IMG/VR virus record: IMGVR_UViG_3300022698_000267
Location: 186,001 to 250,000 of that record
DNA length: 64,000 nt
Reading direction: 5' to 3' (one strand)
The notes below the pieces were generated by a model, which was not told where the DNA came from, searched no databases, and saw only the letters and a program-made list of their open reading frames with translations. Shown piece by piece: positions 1 to 10,003 of this stretch. The translations under genes and the position numbers were made by a program. Positions within the stretch are counted from its first letter, which is position 1, and each line of letters opens with the position of its first letter.

Positions 1-4
1 TTTT

Positions 5-1045
5 TTGCCTAGTTTTGCTAACCCAGATTTTAGTATGGGTGTAGAAATAGAATCATTTCTTACTAGACCAATTTCTGAAATCACTCGTGGAATTCAACAG
101 AACTATGGTTATAATCTTAATCATATGGCTTTTAATGGAGAATTTAGTTCCCATAATGACCCATCCGTTTATGGTGGTGGTAAAGAATACATAACTCCGG
201 TTATGTCTGGACTCAGAGCTTTTAAAGCAGGATATCTTCTTGGGGAACAGCTAAAGTCTCTTGGAGATGTTCCTCCAATACATAGAGGTCCAGATAGATT
301 TGACACTTCAGGTTTACATGTAAATATAGGAACCATTCCAGCGTATAATAAAAAGAATGCTTTCAAATTTTCTACTGATATGTTGCGATTACAGGAAGAT
401 GTAATAAAACGAATGTCAGAACCGGATGTCAGATACAATTACTATTCTAGACCAAGTACGGGAGGTCAGTATTCCCCTTATAATTCTACAATAAAACCTG
501 AAAGACTTCCTCCAGATGCTCGTAGTTCTCCACATGAGGAACATGGAAGACAGTTTTGGTCTCAATCCATTTCTAAATTTAGGTCTGCTGGAAGAACGAA
601 TGAATATGATTACTACAGAAATAATGGAAAACATTATTCAAATGTAGCTCTTGAGATGTCAATGTCAGATGTTGGCAAATTGGCAAAGTACAAAACGTTT
701 GGTATGCATAAACTTCAATTAATGGGTTTAATGGAATACAGGTCTCCAATGTATGTTCCTGGTGGTGATCATGTTTTAGCATCTATGGCAATGGGAACTA
801 AATTAGCTGCAGACATTTTTCAAGCATCACAAAATCATGGTGCATTTGCTAGAACAAATAAATTGATTCCTCCTATTGGTGGTTGGTTTAATGGTGATAA
901 GAACGTGTTTAATAATATTGCTGAAAACTTCCTAAATATACGAAATCCAGTCAATCAGGAATTTATGTGGCAAATGCATCAAAAATGTGGACAGGTTACA
1001 ATGCCACCAGATGCAAATACTCTTAGAAGTCAAGGAATATATTAG
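5..1045 (+). CDS. Putative amidoligase (COOH-NH2 ligase, Amidoligase_2-like); probably 5'-truncated by the window edge
   Basis: Motifs GVEIES, EYITPV, SGLHVNIG and MEYRSP; the frame is open to the window start (TTG call only). Confidence 0.65.
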   Translation: MPSFANPDFSMGVEIESFLTRPISEITRGIQQNYGYNLNHMAFNGEFSSHNDPSVYGGGKEYITPVMSGLRAFKAGYLLGEQLKSLGDVPPIHRGPDRFDTSGLHVNIGTIPAYNKKNAFKFSTDMLRLQEDVIKRMSEPDVRYNYYSRPSTGGQYSPYNSTIKPERLPPDARSSPHEEHGRQFWSQSISKFRSAGRTNEYDYYRNNGKHYSNVALEMSMSDVGKLAKYKTFGMHKLQLMGLMEYRSPMYVPGGDHVLASMAMGTKLAADIFQASQNHGAFARTNKLIPPIGGWFNGDKNVFNNIAENFLNIRNPVNQEFMWQMHQKCGQVTMPPDANTLRSQGIY

Positions 1046-1051
1046 TTTACT

Positions 1052-2497
1052 ATGGATCTTCAGAGAATAGCTTCTTATACCAAAGATCTTTTAGACAAAC
1101 ATGGTGTTTACCTTAATGTTGACCCAGATGTTTTGGCATCTGTTTCACGTTCTGATCCGAGTGAAGTAAAAAAGATTTCGCAGAAGGAGACATTCGAAGC
1201 ACCTGGAGGCTTAGATTTTAAGATTCCTAGACAAGCTACATCTGTTCCATTTATAACTGGAATAAATGGAAATAATCTAAGTTTGATGACCTATCAACCT
1301 GGTTTTAAACAATATAGACCAGAATCTTGGGCATTTGGCCCTTCTACACATGGGGCTATGACACCAACCAGATTACATGACTTTAGATCTGAAGTAAATA
1401 GAATCAATAGAAGCCGGTTTCCAAATGGTTTGAATATTGATAGTATGAATTTAATTAATATTAGAAATGAACCATTTGACAGAGAGGGCTTGCAAAGGGT
1501 TCTTCAACATGGAGCAATAGTACCTTTAAGCTCTAATAGAGGAGCCTTCATTCCTAATTTTGGAATATCATCAAACTTTTTTTCCTATGAATATGAAGGT
1601 CGATTTAAAACTGATCTTGATCTTGGTTATGGACCATCTGAACAAGGAAAATTCGATTCTTTAGTGACCAATCCAATTGAAAAGAATTTTGGAGTTAATG
1701 TAAAAAATCTTCTCCCCTATGATTTTGGAAGCCAGAACTCTTACAAAGCATACAATGATGGTTCTATTTCTGAGAAACCTGGTAGAAAATCACAGGAGGT
1801 TGTAGTTGGATCTGCTCCAATGTCTAATCTACTAATGGCTTCTGATATGATGTTTGGTGCTTGGCAGAAGGAAGGAATGTTACATCCAGATGACATACCA
1901 ATGGATAGGTCTGCTGGAATGCACATTAGTACAACATTGCCTAATCTTGCTGGTAGTGGAGCTTATGAAGTACAAAAAGGCATGTCTAATTACTTAAACA
2001 ATGTTGGTTTAGTTTTTGATATGTTAGGAAGACATGCTGATAGATGGAAAAGTACAGCACATCTTGGAGTGGCCGAAAATTATAGTTCTAATCGTAACAA
2101 TTACAGAATAGATACTGGAACTAGAAGACTTGAATTTCGGCATCCAGGACCAATACCTAGTACAGCTTATATAGCTTCGCAACTTTCTATAGTTGGAAAA
2201 TTATCAAATGATTTGATTGGATTTGGAAAAGAAGGATTAGTAGAACTTGGACAAAGATCTCACTCAGAAGCCTATGGTAATTTAAAGCTTTCTAGTCGCA
2301 GAGGATCAGCTTACCAGAAAAGTCCATTCTTTCCTTTACATGAACAAATGGCTGGAGGAAGTCATCCCGCTGCAGCAGAAATGCAAGATTGGTTTAATTC
2401 CTTTACAGATCAAGTAGGAATAACAGATCCTGCTCAGAAAAAATTCTTATTAATGATGAATAAATCTTGTATAAAAACACAATCCAGTTACTTCTAA
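1052..2497 (+). CDS. Second putative amidoligase with a ~170-aa N-terminal extension
   Basis: Motifs YEYEG, QEVVVGSAP, AGMHISTT and RLEFRHP in the same order as in the upstream ORF. Confidence 0.55.
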   Translation: MDLQRIASYTKDLLDKHGVYLNVDPDVLASVSRSDPSEVKKISQKETFEAPGGLDFKIPRQATSVPFITGINGNNLSLMTYQPGFKQYRPESWAFGPSTHGAMTPTRLHDFRSEVNRINRSRFPNGLNIDSMNLINIRNEPFDREGLQRVLQHGAIVPLSSNRGAFIPNFGISSNFFSYEYEGRFKTDLDLGYGPSEQGKFDSLVTNPIEKNFGVNVKNLLPYDFGSQNSYKAYNDGSISEKPGRKSQEVVVGSAPMSNLLMASDMMFGAWQKEGMLHPDDIPMDRSAGMHISTTLPNLAGSGAYEVQKGMSNYLNNVGLVFDMLGRHADRWKSTAHLGVAENYSSNRNNYRIDTGTRRLEFRHPGPIPSTAYIASQLSIVGKLSNDLIGFGKEGLVELGQRSHSEAYGNLKLSSRRGSAYQKSPFFPLHEQMAGGSHPAAAEMQDWFNSFTDQVGITDPAQKKFLLMMNKSCIKTQSSYF

Positions 2498-2509
2498 AGG
2501 AAGAAAAGT

Positions 2510-2986
2510 ATGGTTACAGATTTTCCAAACACACGACAGTCAACAGGTGCACATAAAAACTGTGATTATCTTCTTTTTAATGACTTTTATATCTTACCTA
2601 CGTGTGTTTCAACTGTTCAGAAAAAACCAATGAAATTAATATCAACATACTTTAAAAAATCTGAAGCTTCTTTACATGTTGATTTTTCACAATGGCTTAT
2701 AGAGCTTAATATCCCTTTCGAGCAGATGGATCAATTACAAGATTCAGAAATAGAATATGAAATGTTATCTCTTTTTAAAGATTTAGATCGGCAACATGTA
2801 CTAGTAACCAAATTGTTCCCTTATGGGTTTCAATTCAATGAGCATAATTGGAATTACATTTCTAGTAGACTAAAAGAGGTCGTTAGTAGGAAAAGAGGTG
2901 TGGATCAAAAATTCATAACTTTAGATGCTTTTGATGTACATTCAGATTTATTTTCTTCTAACTTTGAAGATTTATTGAGGATATAA
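2510..2986 (+). CDS. Hypothetical protein
   Basis: 158-aa ORF in operon; its stop overlaps the next start. Confidence 0.6.
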   Translation: MVTDFPNTRQSTGAHKNCDYLLFNDFYILPTCVSTVQKKPMKLISTYFKKSEASLHVDFSQWLIELNIPFEQMDQLQDSEIEYEMLSLFKDLDRQHVLVTKLFPYGFQFNEHNWNYISSRLKEVVSRKRGVDQKFITLDAFDVHSDLFSSNFEDLLRI

Positions 2987-3507
2987 TGGCTTCGGTTTTA
3001 TTGAAAGAGCAATTTCCAGTTTCGTTAGTCCAACAGGCAGAAGAAATACTTCCAAATTCTTATCTTTCTAAAGACTTGTATTTTTTGATCTACTATCTGG
3101 AAGGACATTTACTTTCAACTCTTAAAGATCCATTTAATTTTTCAAGATACTTCTGGAGACAAGAAGTTCAATACTTTCCAGAAAATGTGATGAACGATCC
3201 AGCTCTTTGGCTTTACTATACTATTCAAGATGTTGGCACAGATATATCTAAGGCATTTGTATACTCCAGATTACGAGATAAGAAGAATCTTGAAAGATTT
3301 CTTTCTGATGCCTCTTTCTTGTTATTTGTAGAAGGAAGTGTTTTAAACGAAGATATTGTGTTTGGACACTGCAAAATTTCCGATTATGGTTATTTGAAGT
3401 CTGTTCTATCCAATTCTGGAATTAACAAATTGGAAGTAGATTCTTTGATTAAAATAATGCTGCAAAGATCTAATACTATGGAAGCACAGAAAATCAGATT
3501 CTTATAA
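2986..3507 (+). CDS. Hypothetical protein
   Basis: 173-aa ORF, translationally coupled (TAATG). Confidence 0.65.
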   Translation: MASVLLKEQFPVSLVQQAEEILPNSYLSKDLYFLIYYLEGHLLSTLKDPFNFSRYFWRQEVQYFPENVMNDPALWLYYTIQDVGTDISKAFVYSRLRDKKNLERFLSDASFLLFVEGSVLNEDIVFGHCKISDYGYLKSVLSNSGINKLEVDSLIKIMLQRSNTMEAQKIRFL

Positions 3508-4527
3508 TTTATCGCTTAGATACTGTTCCTTCAAAAAAAGCAAGTCATCTTCAGAAATATCCAATGTTCCCTTCTTTAACTTTTGTTTTATGAATCTTCC
3601 AATTTTTAGGAGTGATCTTTCGGTGGATGTATAGAGTGCATCTGTACTAATGTCTATCTGTTGTAAGATTTTGGAGAGGATACTTTTTAATCTAACTTGT
3701 CTTCCTTCTTCACCTTCATTTTCTATTAGAATATCTTCTGGACTTTTTTCTTCATCCGTTACTACTTGTTCACCAGTTTCCTTCTCTAATCTTTGTATTT
3801 CTTCCAGTTTTTTTAATCTATTGTGTACAACGGCTTCAGAATTTGTTCTAATATCCTTGACCTTTTTCTTGTAATCCTGTCTAGAATTCACTGGTATGGA
3901 TAATGTTCCTCTATCCATATCTACTTCTAAATTGCAAGTGGTTGTTAGTTGTTTTCGAATCTCTCCAATTATAGATAAACCACATAACCAAAATGCCTGA
4001 TAGTAGTAAACTGAACACCTGGTTTTATTTGCATCAAATTTCAATCGATTTAATAATTGTATTGTCACTTCATTAAATTTTGAAGTAAACTTCTGTGAAT
4101 AGTGCATCCATCCATAAAATCTGGATTTCATAACTGATCCATACATTAGAAACATGAAATTGGCCATATAAGTAACTAATGCTGCCTTTTGCCTTTCGAT
4201 AGCTTCCAATGTAGTGATTATAACATCTAGACAACCAGAATTAATACCAATGTCTTCACAACAGCTCTCTTTTATTGTAGATCGAAGATACATTTCAGAA
4301 TATACTAAATACTCATATTGTCGATAAAGAATATCCCAGAACGGATCAATTTCTTTGGGATGTGTATAATCTTTTATTTTTCCGGTTACCAGAACATGCA
4401 TAACCCTTTCTCTGGTTGGCAGTGTGCATTTATGTGTTTTCTTTCCAGCTCTTTTTCTTCGTTTATTGTTTGTTACAGTCTGTATAAATATGAATCTTTG
4501 ATCACCGTCTGGTCCAGGTTTTCTCAT
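3502..4527 (-). CDS. Divergent sigma70-family-like transcription factor
   Basis: KFDANKTRCSVYYYQAFW...IRKQ resembles sigma region 2.3-2.4 (KFDPxxGxxFSTYAxWWIRQ); SPEDIL motif downstream; AGGAG RBS. Confidence 0.5.
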   Translation of the reverse strand: MRKPGPDGDQRFIFIQTVTNNKRRKRAGKKTHKCTLPTRERVMHVLVTGKIKDYTHPKEIDPFWDILYRQYEYLVYSEMYLRSTIKESCCEDIGINSGCLDVIITTLEAIERQKAALVTYMANFMFLMYGSVMKSRFYGWMHYSQKFTSKFNEVTIQLLNRLKFDANKTRCSVYYYQAFWLCGLSIIGEIRKQLTTTCNLEVDMDRGTLSIPVNSRQDYKKKVKDIRTNSEAVVHNRLKKLEEIQRLEKETGEQVVTDEEKSPEDILIENEGEEGRQVRLKSILSKILQQIDISTDALYTSTERSLLKIGRFIKQKLKKGTLDISEDDLLFLKEQYLSDKL

Positions 4528-4624
4528 TTTATCTCTCCTTATAACAACTCGAAAAAGTTTTGGAAAAAAGCTTCTTGTATTATATATGTAAATTCTTTTG
4601 GTACTTTTGTCAATAGTTCAAATT

Positions 4625-5422
4625 ATGAGAAAAAGAATTCTAGCTTATAGAGATGCTTTTGGTATAGGTGATTGGATTATGACAATGTCTGTTTTAAAGA
4701 TGTTGCAAATTACATATCCACAATTCGAGATTTCTATTAATATGAGTGGGAAATTAGGAACTGCATCAAGATTTATATATGAGATTGTTAATGGATTTGA
4801 CGTAGAATTCTCTGAAATTCTTTGTACAAATCTTAAACTTATACAACAGAATTACGATATAATTACAGGACATATTGTTTACACTATGAGAACTAATGAA
4901 AATTTGATTTTTAGTATGCTAAGCAATTTGAATAACAAAACGGACCTAGCTGTAGAGTATATTCCAAATTTTTACTCCACTTATGTTGGAAATATTCAGA
5001 AGTTAACCGTTCCGGATAATTACATTTTAATGCCATCTTGTGGAAAAGAAACAAAATTATCCAAACGTAAGGATTGGGGATTCGATAATTTTAATTCTTT
5101 GTGCACTTTGTTGGTGGAATCTGGTTATTCTGTAGTACAAATTGGAGTTTCAACTGATCCTAGATTAGAAAAAGCTAGTTTTGTTTATTTCAATGTATCT
5201 TTGTCACAGTTACATTTTTTAATGATTAATTGCTCATTTTTTATTGGATTACTAAATGGTTTGACAGTTTATGCTGGACATCATGGTATAAAGACATTTC
5301 TATTACATTATCAAAATCGTTCATCTTTTGATGCAACTAACTACGACAAACAGTTTTCAATAGACGTTACCACTTTAAAACCCTTTGATGTAGTTGAGTA
5401 CATTAGAAGGACTGAATGTTAA
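4625..5422 (+). CDS. Glycosyltransferase family 9 (heptosyltransferase-like); start moved to ATG 4625
   Basis: N-terminal GIGD motif, KDWGFDNF, VVQIG and a FIGxxxGxxxYAG-like C-terminal segment. Confidence 0.7.
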   Translation: MRKRILAYRDAFGIGDWIMTMSVLKMLQITYPQFEISINMSGKLGTASRFIYEIVNGFDVEFSEILCTNLKLIQQNYDIITGHIVYTMRTNENLIFSMLSNLNNKTDLAVEYIPNFYSTYVGNIQKLTVPDNYILMPSCGKETKLSKRKDWGFDNFNSLCTLLVESGYSVVQIGVSTDPRLEKASFVYFNVSLSQLHFLMINCSFFIGLLNGLTVYAGHHGIKTFLLHYQNRSSFDATNYDKQFSIDVTTLKPFDVVEYIRRTEC

Positions 5423-5455
5423 AACATTGATAAATTACTTCATTGGAGGTTTTGA

Positions 5456-5854
5456 ATGGCAAAAAAAGGTGGTAAGAAAAAGATTGAAAAGTTAGTTCCA
5501 GTGAAGAAGGCTGTTACTAAACCTGAGCAAGGAACATTTCAGCAGACTTTTTACATTGACCCAAAGAAGAAAAAGCCTAAAGAGAAAGATCCTGCAAAAC
5601 CAGATGAAACTAGTTCTGGAAGGACCAAACATCCAGATGAAACTAGTTCTGGAAGGACCAAACATCCAAATGACGCTGAGGGAAATAGAACTGCTAGATC
5701 ACGCGAGGAATCTTCTGAGATTGGGAGAAAATCAGACAAAGATAGAATGATTCCAGAGGACACAAATCCACATAAAGATATCAAAGACTTTGAGGATTTC
5801 GGAAAAAAGGGAATTGATCCAGATTCCGCCAAACAATTTTTCTGTAATATGTGA
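5456..5854 (+). CDS. Lys-rich, charged hypothetical protein
   Basis: GGAGG RBS; 132 aa; internal duplication. Confidence 0.7.
   Translation: MAKKGGKKKIEKLVPVKKAVTKPEQGTFQQTFYIDPKKKKPKEKDPAKPDETSSGRTKHPDETSSGRTKHPNDAEGNRTARSREESSEIGRKSDKDRMIPEDTNPHKDIKDFEDFGKKGIDPDSAKQFFCNM
5600..5665 (+). repeat. Perfect 33-bp tandem duplication encoding PDETSSGRTKH x2
   Basis: ccagatgaaactagttctggaaggaccaaacat at 5600-5632 and 5633-5665. Confidence 0.95.
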
Positions 5855-7551
5855 TTATGCCTGAAGATCTTTTAAAAGGTTTTGACCCTTCCAGTCCGGG
5901 ATTAGTTCCAGTTCTTAGAGCTGTTAGAGGTCCAAATGGTGTTTTTGTCAGAAAGTATCATGTAGATTTAGATAAAGTCAAGAAGATGATACAAGAGGCA
6001 GAGCTGAATGTAATTCCTTATTTGACTAGAATTCCAGGAAATAAATTCTTGAAGAGCTATTTGGAGACACAGAATATAAAAGAACTTCTTCAAAATCTAT
6101 TTGCTAAAAGTCCCAGAGGGATTTATGTTATCTACAACAGATATAGTAGAGCTGATCGTATAGAAACTTATCAACATACAAGACAAAGATTCTTTCAGAA
6201 TCTTTACGCTTATTACTTAACAAAAAGCAAGTTTGTAGAATTAACTTTAAAATCGTATATGCAGCCATCTTTAAAGTATATGCAGGATGTGCATGAAGAA
6301 TCAGTTTCTTCTAAATCTGAACGTATTAATGAGCAAGTTGTTTTTAGAAAAGCTACTCGTAAAAAAACTCAGAGGAATAGACCTTGGAAAATTTCTCAAA
6401 GTCCTCTATCTGGTGATTACTTAAAACCAAAATCGTTGTCAAATACTATAGCAAATTTAGAGCCTTCAGAAGATTTAGGTAAAGCAGTTACCTATAGACA
6501 AAAATCAGTCAGAAAAGAAGATCATCCTAAATTTGCCGGACAATTATCTAGACTACTAAACTATTTACATTTGAATTCTAAAAAAGCAATTCTTATGGTT
6601 TCTAAAACCCTTCTATTTGGAGGATTAGCAGATAAAGATTACTTGCTTAGTAATTTGACATTGCTTCCAAATATGTTGTATCCGACCAAATCTGATTACT
6701 GGTCAATGATAATTTCAAGAACAATCTTAAATACAGGAAGTTTGTTTCGGCAGTCCAGTTTGTGTGATACTGACAAAAGATTCTATCAGTACTTGTTATT
6801 ACAAAATATAGACGCAGATTCTTTTGATTCTGTGTGTGCTGTTATTCCACCACCATTTAAAATTCCAGATTCTTTAGATAGTAGTTGGGATAGCTATTCT
6901 GTTAATCAAAGAATGTACATCCTGGCTGCTAGAGCTGAATATGGAGAGTTTGAAAAGCAAGTTCTTCAAAATACGCAGGATTTAGATGAATTTATTCGTT
7001 ATCTTTCCGCTTTAGCTCCACTTCTAACTTCCAATGAGACTTTTGAAGTGATAGAATCTAGATATCCAGATATTTTGGATTTAGAAACTATTCTATACAA
7101 TATTAAATCTGTTCAAACCGGAGAAAAGGAACCAGATTTTTTGTACTTTTTAATTCAGTTATTTGGCTCCAAATTATTTAAACATCATTATCTTCCATAC
7201 GATAGAATTGGTGATACTAAACATGGACCATTTTCACCCTACTTGAGTTTGCAATTGAGGAATCAATTTATTTCAAGAGTCAAAAAAGAATTAATACAAT
7301 CTATTTCATCTTCTAATTCTAGTGGTTCAAATACAACGAATATTATTCTTCCAATCCCATCTATTAGACCATTAGATAGACAGTTATTTGTAAGGGCAGA
7401 GCCTTTAATGGCTGTTTTTCCAGAAGATTCTAATATTGAAGGCATTAAACTATCTATACCAACTGATAGAATCGTATATTCCTTCAAAGATTGTCTAATA
7501 GTTGGAGATCTTATTAAATCTATTCAGTCCAAATCATCTGAAGCATACTAA
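5851..7551 (+). CDS. Hypothetical protein (possible virion-internal protein)
   Basis: 566-aa ORF; N-terminal LVPVxxAV..GxF motif shared with the upstream gene. Confidence 0.75.
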   Translation: MIMPEDLLKGFDPSSPGLVPVLRAVRGPNGVFVRKYHVDLDKVKKMIQEAELNVIPYLTRIPGNKFLKSYLETQNIKELLQNLFAKSPRGIYVIYNRYSRADRIETYQHTRQRFFQNLYAYYLTKSKFVELTLKSYMQPSLKYMQDVHEESVSSKSERINEQVVFRKATRKKTQRNRPWKISQSPLSGDYLKPKSLSNTIANLEPSEDLGKAVTYRQKSVRKEDHPKFAGQLSRLLNYLHLNSKKAILMVSKTLLFGGLADKDYLLSNLTLLPNMLYPTKSDYWSMIISRTILNTGSLFRQSSLCDTDKRFYQYLLLQNIDADSFDSVCAVIPPPFKIPDSLDSSWDSYSVNQRMYILAARAEYGEFEKQVLQNTQDLDEFIRYLSALAPLLTSNETFEVIESRYPDILDLETILYNIKSVQTGEKEPDFLYFLIQLFGSKLFKHHYLPYDRIGDTKHGPFSPYLSLQLRNQFISRVKKELIQSISSSNSSGSNTTNIILPIPSIRPLDRQLFVRAEPLMAVFPEDSNIEGIKLSIPTDRIVYSFKDCLIVGDLIKSIQSKSSEAY

Positions 7552-7616
7552 ATTATAGATATTCATAATGAAAGATTCATACGATTTGGATAACTAGGAA
7601 AAGAGGTTACTGAAAC

Positions 7617-7970
7617 ATGATTTACACATCTTATTTTGGAAATTGGAGAAATTTTCCAGATGATTTTAAGTTGATTGCTATTTGTAATGATCTTCCATTT
7701 TGGTCTAAAGAGTATGAATTATGTGAATTTGAAGAGGTTAGACCTTTTAAGATGTTGGTAACCTCTTATAAATCTGGAGATATCACAGAGGATTTGTATG
7801 AAGAATACTACTTACAATGTTTGAAGGATTTAAATATTGAAGAATTCATCAGAAAGTATGAAAAATCTATCCTTCTCTGTTATGAGAAGCCTACATTTTT
7901 TTGTCATAGACATTTACTTCGTAGATTCATAAATAATGCACTGGGAAAAGAGGTTATAAGGGAACTTTAA
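7617..7970 (+). CDS. DUF488-like protein
   Basis: MIYTSYF start and LLCYEKP..FCHRHLL motif. Confidence 0.7.
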   Translation: MIYTSYFGNWRNFPDDFKLIAICNDLPFWSKEYELCEFEEVRPFKMLVTSYKSGDITEDLYEEYYLQCLKDLNIEEFIRKYEKSILLCYEKPTFFCHRHLLRRFINNALGKEVIREL

Positions 7971-8600
7971 ATGTTAGTACAAGACTTAGATAGAGAAGAA
8001 CTGCTAAGATTACTAGATTTTTCTATGAAAAATCTTTCCAACCGTGCTTTGCCTGTCGTATATAATAGTAAACTTGTTATGTTGGAATTGAATTTAGGTA
8101 AAGCATTGTTAGAATTCTATAGAAGTTTAATCAATGTAGGTGCAGAAATCTACCAAGAACATTTTGGAACTATACAAAAGAAAATAATTGAATTAAAGCG
8201 TTTGGCTTTGGATAGTGGTAGATGTATGGCCCTTCCTCTAGAGGAAGATATAGAAGATCCAAGTGAAGAGTTGGTTGATATTTTCAAACGTTATTGTATG
8301 AGTAATCATCCTGACATATCTCCAAAGAATGAAACTTCATTCAGAGAAATGAAACATCTTTATGATGAAGGGAAGTTTTTCGATTTTTTAGACAATTGTG
8401 ATTCAGAAATTGCAGGGGTTCTGTATTTAAAATGGGTTCATTTACAAAAGGAATTGGATACAATTAAGGCAAAAATTGAGGTAAAATTAGCACTTACTAA
8501 AGGAAAGGATCCATTACAATATTCTAAATTGATAAGTGCAGAATGGAAATTACAGCGTAAGAAATTAGCAGAAGTTATACAACTGCTTAATAATGGGTGA
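7971..8600 (+). CDS. J-domain (HPD) containing coiled-coil protein
   Basis: FKRYCMSNHPDISPKNETSFREMKHLY. Confidence 0.5.
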   Translation: MLVQDLDREELLRLLDFSMKNLSNRALPVVYNSKLVMLELNLGKALLEFYRSLINVGAEIYQEHFGTIQKKIIELKRLALDSGRCMALPLEEDIEDPSEELVDIFKRYCMSNHPDISPKNETSFREMKHLYDEGKFFDFLDNCDSEIAGVLYLKWVHLQKELDTIKAKIEVKLALTKGKDPLQYSKLISAEWKLQRKKLAEVIQLLNNG

Positions 8601-9957
8601 AATGGCAGAATTAAAAATAGAGGTTGTTGATCCAGTTATTTGTAAGTTGCATGGAGATCAGAAGTCTATTAGATCTTGCATGCGTTACGAATCCGATTAT
8701 TGGGTTAGAGGACCAAAGAGAAATTACAGAAAAGCAAAAGTTCGATATGCTATTGTTCGAAAGAAGTTTCATACTGGATTACTTCCTAGAGTTCTTGCAT
8801 ATTGTAAAAGAAATAATATTCCTATTGAAGTAGAGGCTGATGATTGGCATTTAAAACCAGATAATCCTGAACCATTTCTTCCTGGAATTACCTTTCGACC
8901 AGATCAATTAGAATCTATACATGCAGCTGTAAAGCATCAAAGGGGTTTAATCATTGCTCCAACCGGTTCTGGAAAAACCATTGTAGCTTTTGGTATTTCT
9001 TCAATGTTTCCAGATGCCAGGATTTTGGTTTTATGTCATAACAAATCAATCATTAGACAAACGTTTAAAAAAGCTGCAAAATATAATTTTGATGATATTT
9101 CTCTTTTTGGTGGTGGCAGTAGGGATATTAGTGGTAAGATTGCTTTTGGAACTATTCAAACCCTCACTAATATGGATCCAAAAGATTATGGAGCAGAATT
9201 CGATATTGTAATAATTGACGAGTGTCATCATGTTGCTCCAGATGGTCAATATGAGAATGTGCTTTCTAAAATGTTAGCTCCAATTCGAATTGGTTTTACA
9301 GCTACTAGACCAAAGGATCCTCTTAGAGAATTGGTTTTAGAAGGTCTTACTGGTCCAATAATCGGTGAATTAACTATTCAGGAGGGAATAGAATTGAATA
9401 TCTTGGCACATCCAACAATAACTTTAGTTCCAGTTCCTTTTAATAGAACTCTAGATGATAAGTGTCGATCCTATCAAGATTATTATCAAAGATGCATTGT
9501 TAGTAATAGGGCTAGAAACAGACTTATCGTTAACGCGGCAAATTCTAGAGTTGAACAGGGAAAAAGTGTTCTTATTATGATAAAGGAATTGCTTCAGGGT
9601 GATAATTTAATTGCAATGGCTAAGAATTTATATGGGATGAACATTGCTTTTGTACAAGGTGCTACAGAAGATGATGCAAGGGAGGAACTTCAGGAAGCTT
9701 TAAATGCTAAAGAAATAAAATGTGTGATAAGCAGTGCTGTTTGGCGTGAAGGTATTGATATTCCATCTTTGAATTCTGTAATCTATGCATCTGGAGGAAG
9801 AAGTGATACAATGACTCTTCAGATCATTGGTCGTGGACTTAGAAGAACTGATGAGAAGGATCAAGTGGAGATTGTTGATTTTTTAGACTCCTACCGCTAT
9901 CTTTCAGCTCATACTGTCGATAGAATAAAGACTTATGTTGAGTCTGGCTGGCTTTAA
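8593..9957 (+). CDS. uvsW: SF2 DEAD/DEAH helicase (UvsW-like)
   Basis: APTGSGKT, DECHH, TAT, EGIDIP and QIIGRGLR motifs. Confidence 0.9.
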   Translation: MGEMAELKIEVVDPVICKLHGDQKSIRSCMRYESDYWVRGPKRNYRKAKVRYAIVRKKFHTGLLPRVLAYCKRNNIPIEVEADDWHLKPDNPEPFLPGITFRPDQLESIHAAVKHQRGLIIAPTGSGKTIVAFGISSMFPDARILVLCHNKSIIRQTFKKAAKYNFDDISLFGGGSRDISGKIAFGTIQTLTNMDPKDYGAEFDIVIIDECHHVAPDGQYENVLSKMLAPIRIGFTATRPKDPLRELVLEGLTGPIIGELTIQEGIELNILAHPTITLVPVPFNRTLDDKCRSYQDYYQRCIVSNRARNRLIVNAANSRVEQGKSVLIMIKELLQGDNLIAMAKNLYGMNIAFVQGATEDDAREELQEALNAKEIKCVISSAVWREGIDIPSLNSVIYASGGRSDTMTLQIIGRGLRRTDEKDQVEIVDFLDSYRYLSAHTVDRIKTYVESGWL

Positions 9958-9962
9958 TTTAA

Positions 9963-9972
9963 AATACTAAAA
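9963..9972 (+). promoter_or_regulatory. Putative phage promoter motif AATACTAAAA
   Basis: Intergenic, ~30 nt before primase; the motif recurs at 10 other gene starts. Confidence 0.6.
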
Positions 9973-10003
9973 TTAAAGGGTTGGAGGGACTAAGAGGGTT
10001 GGA

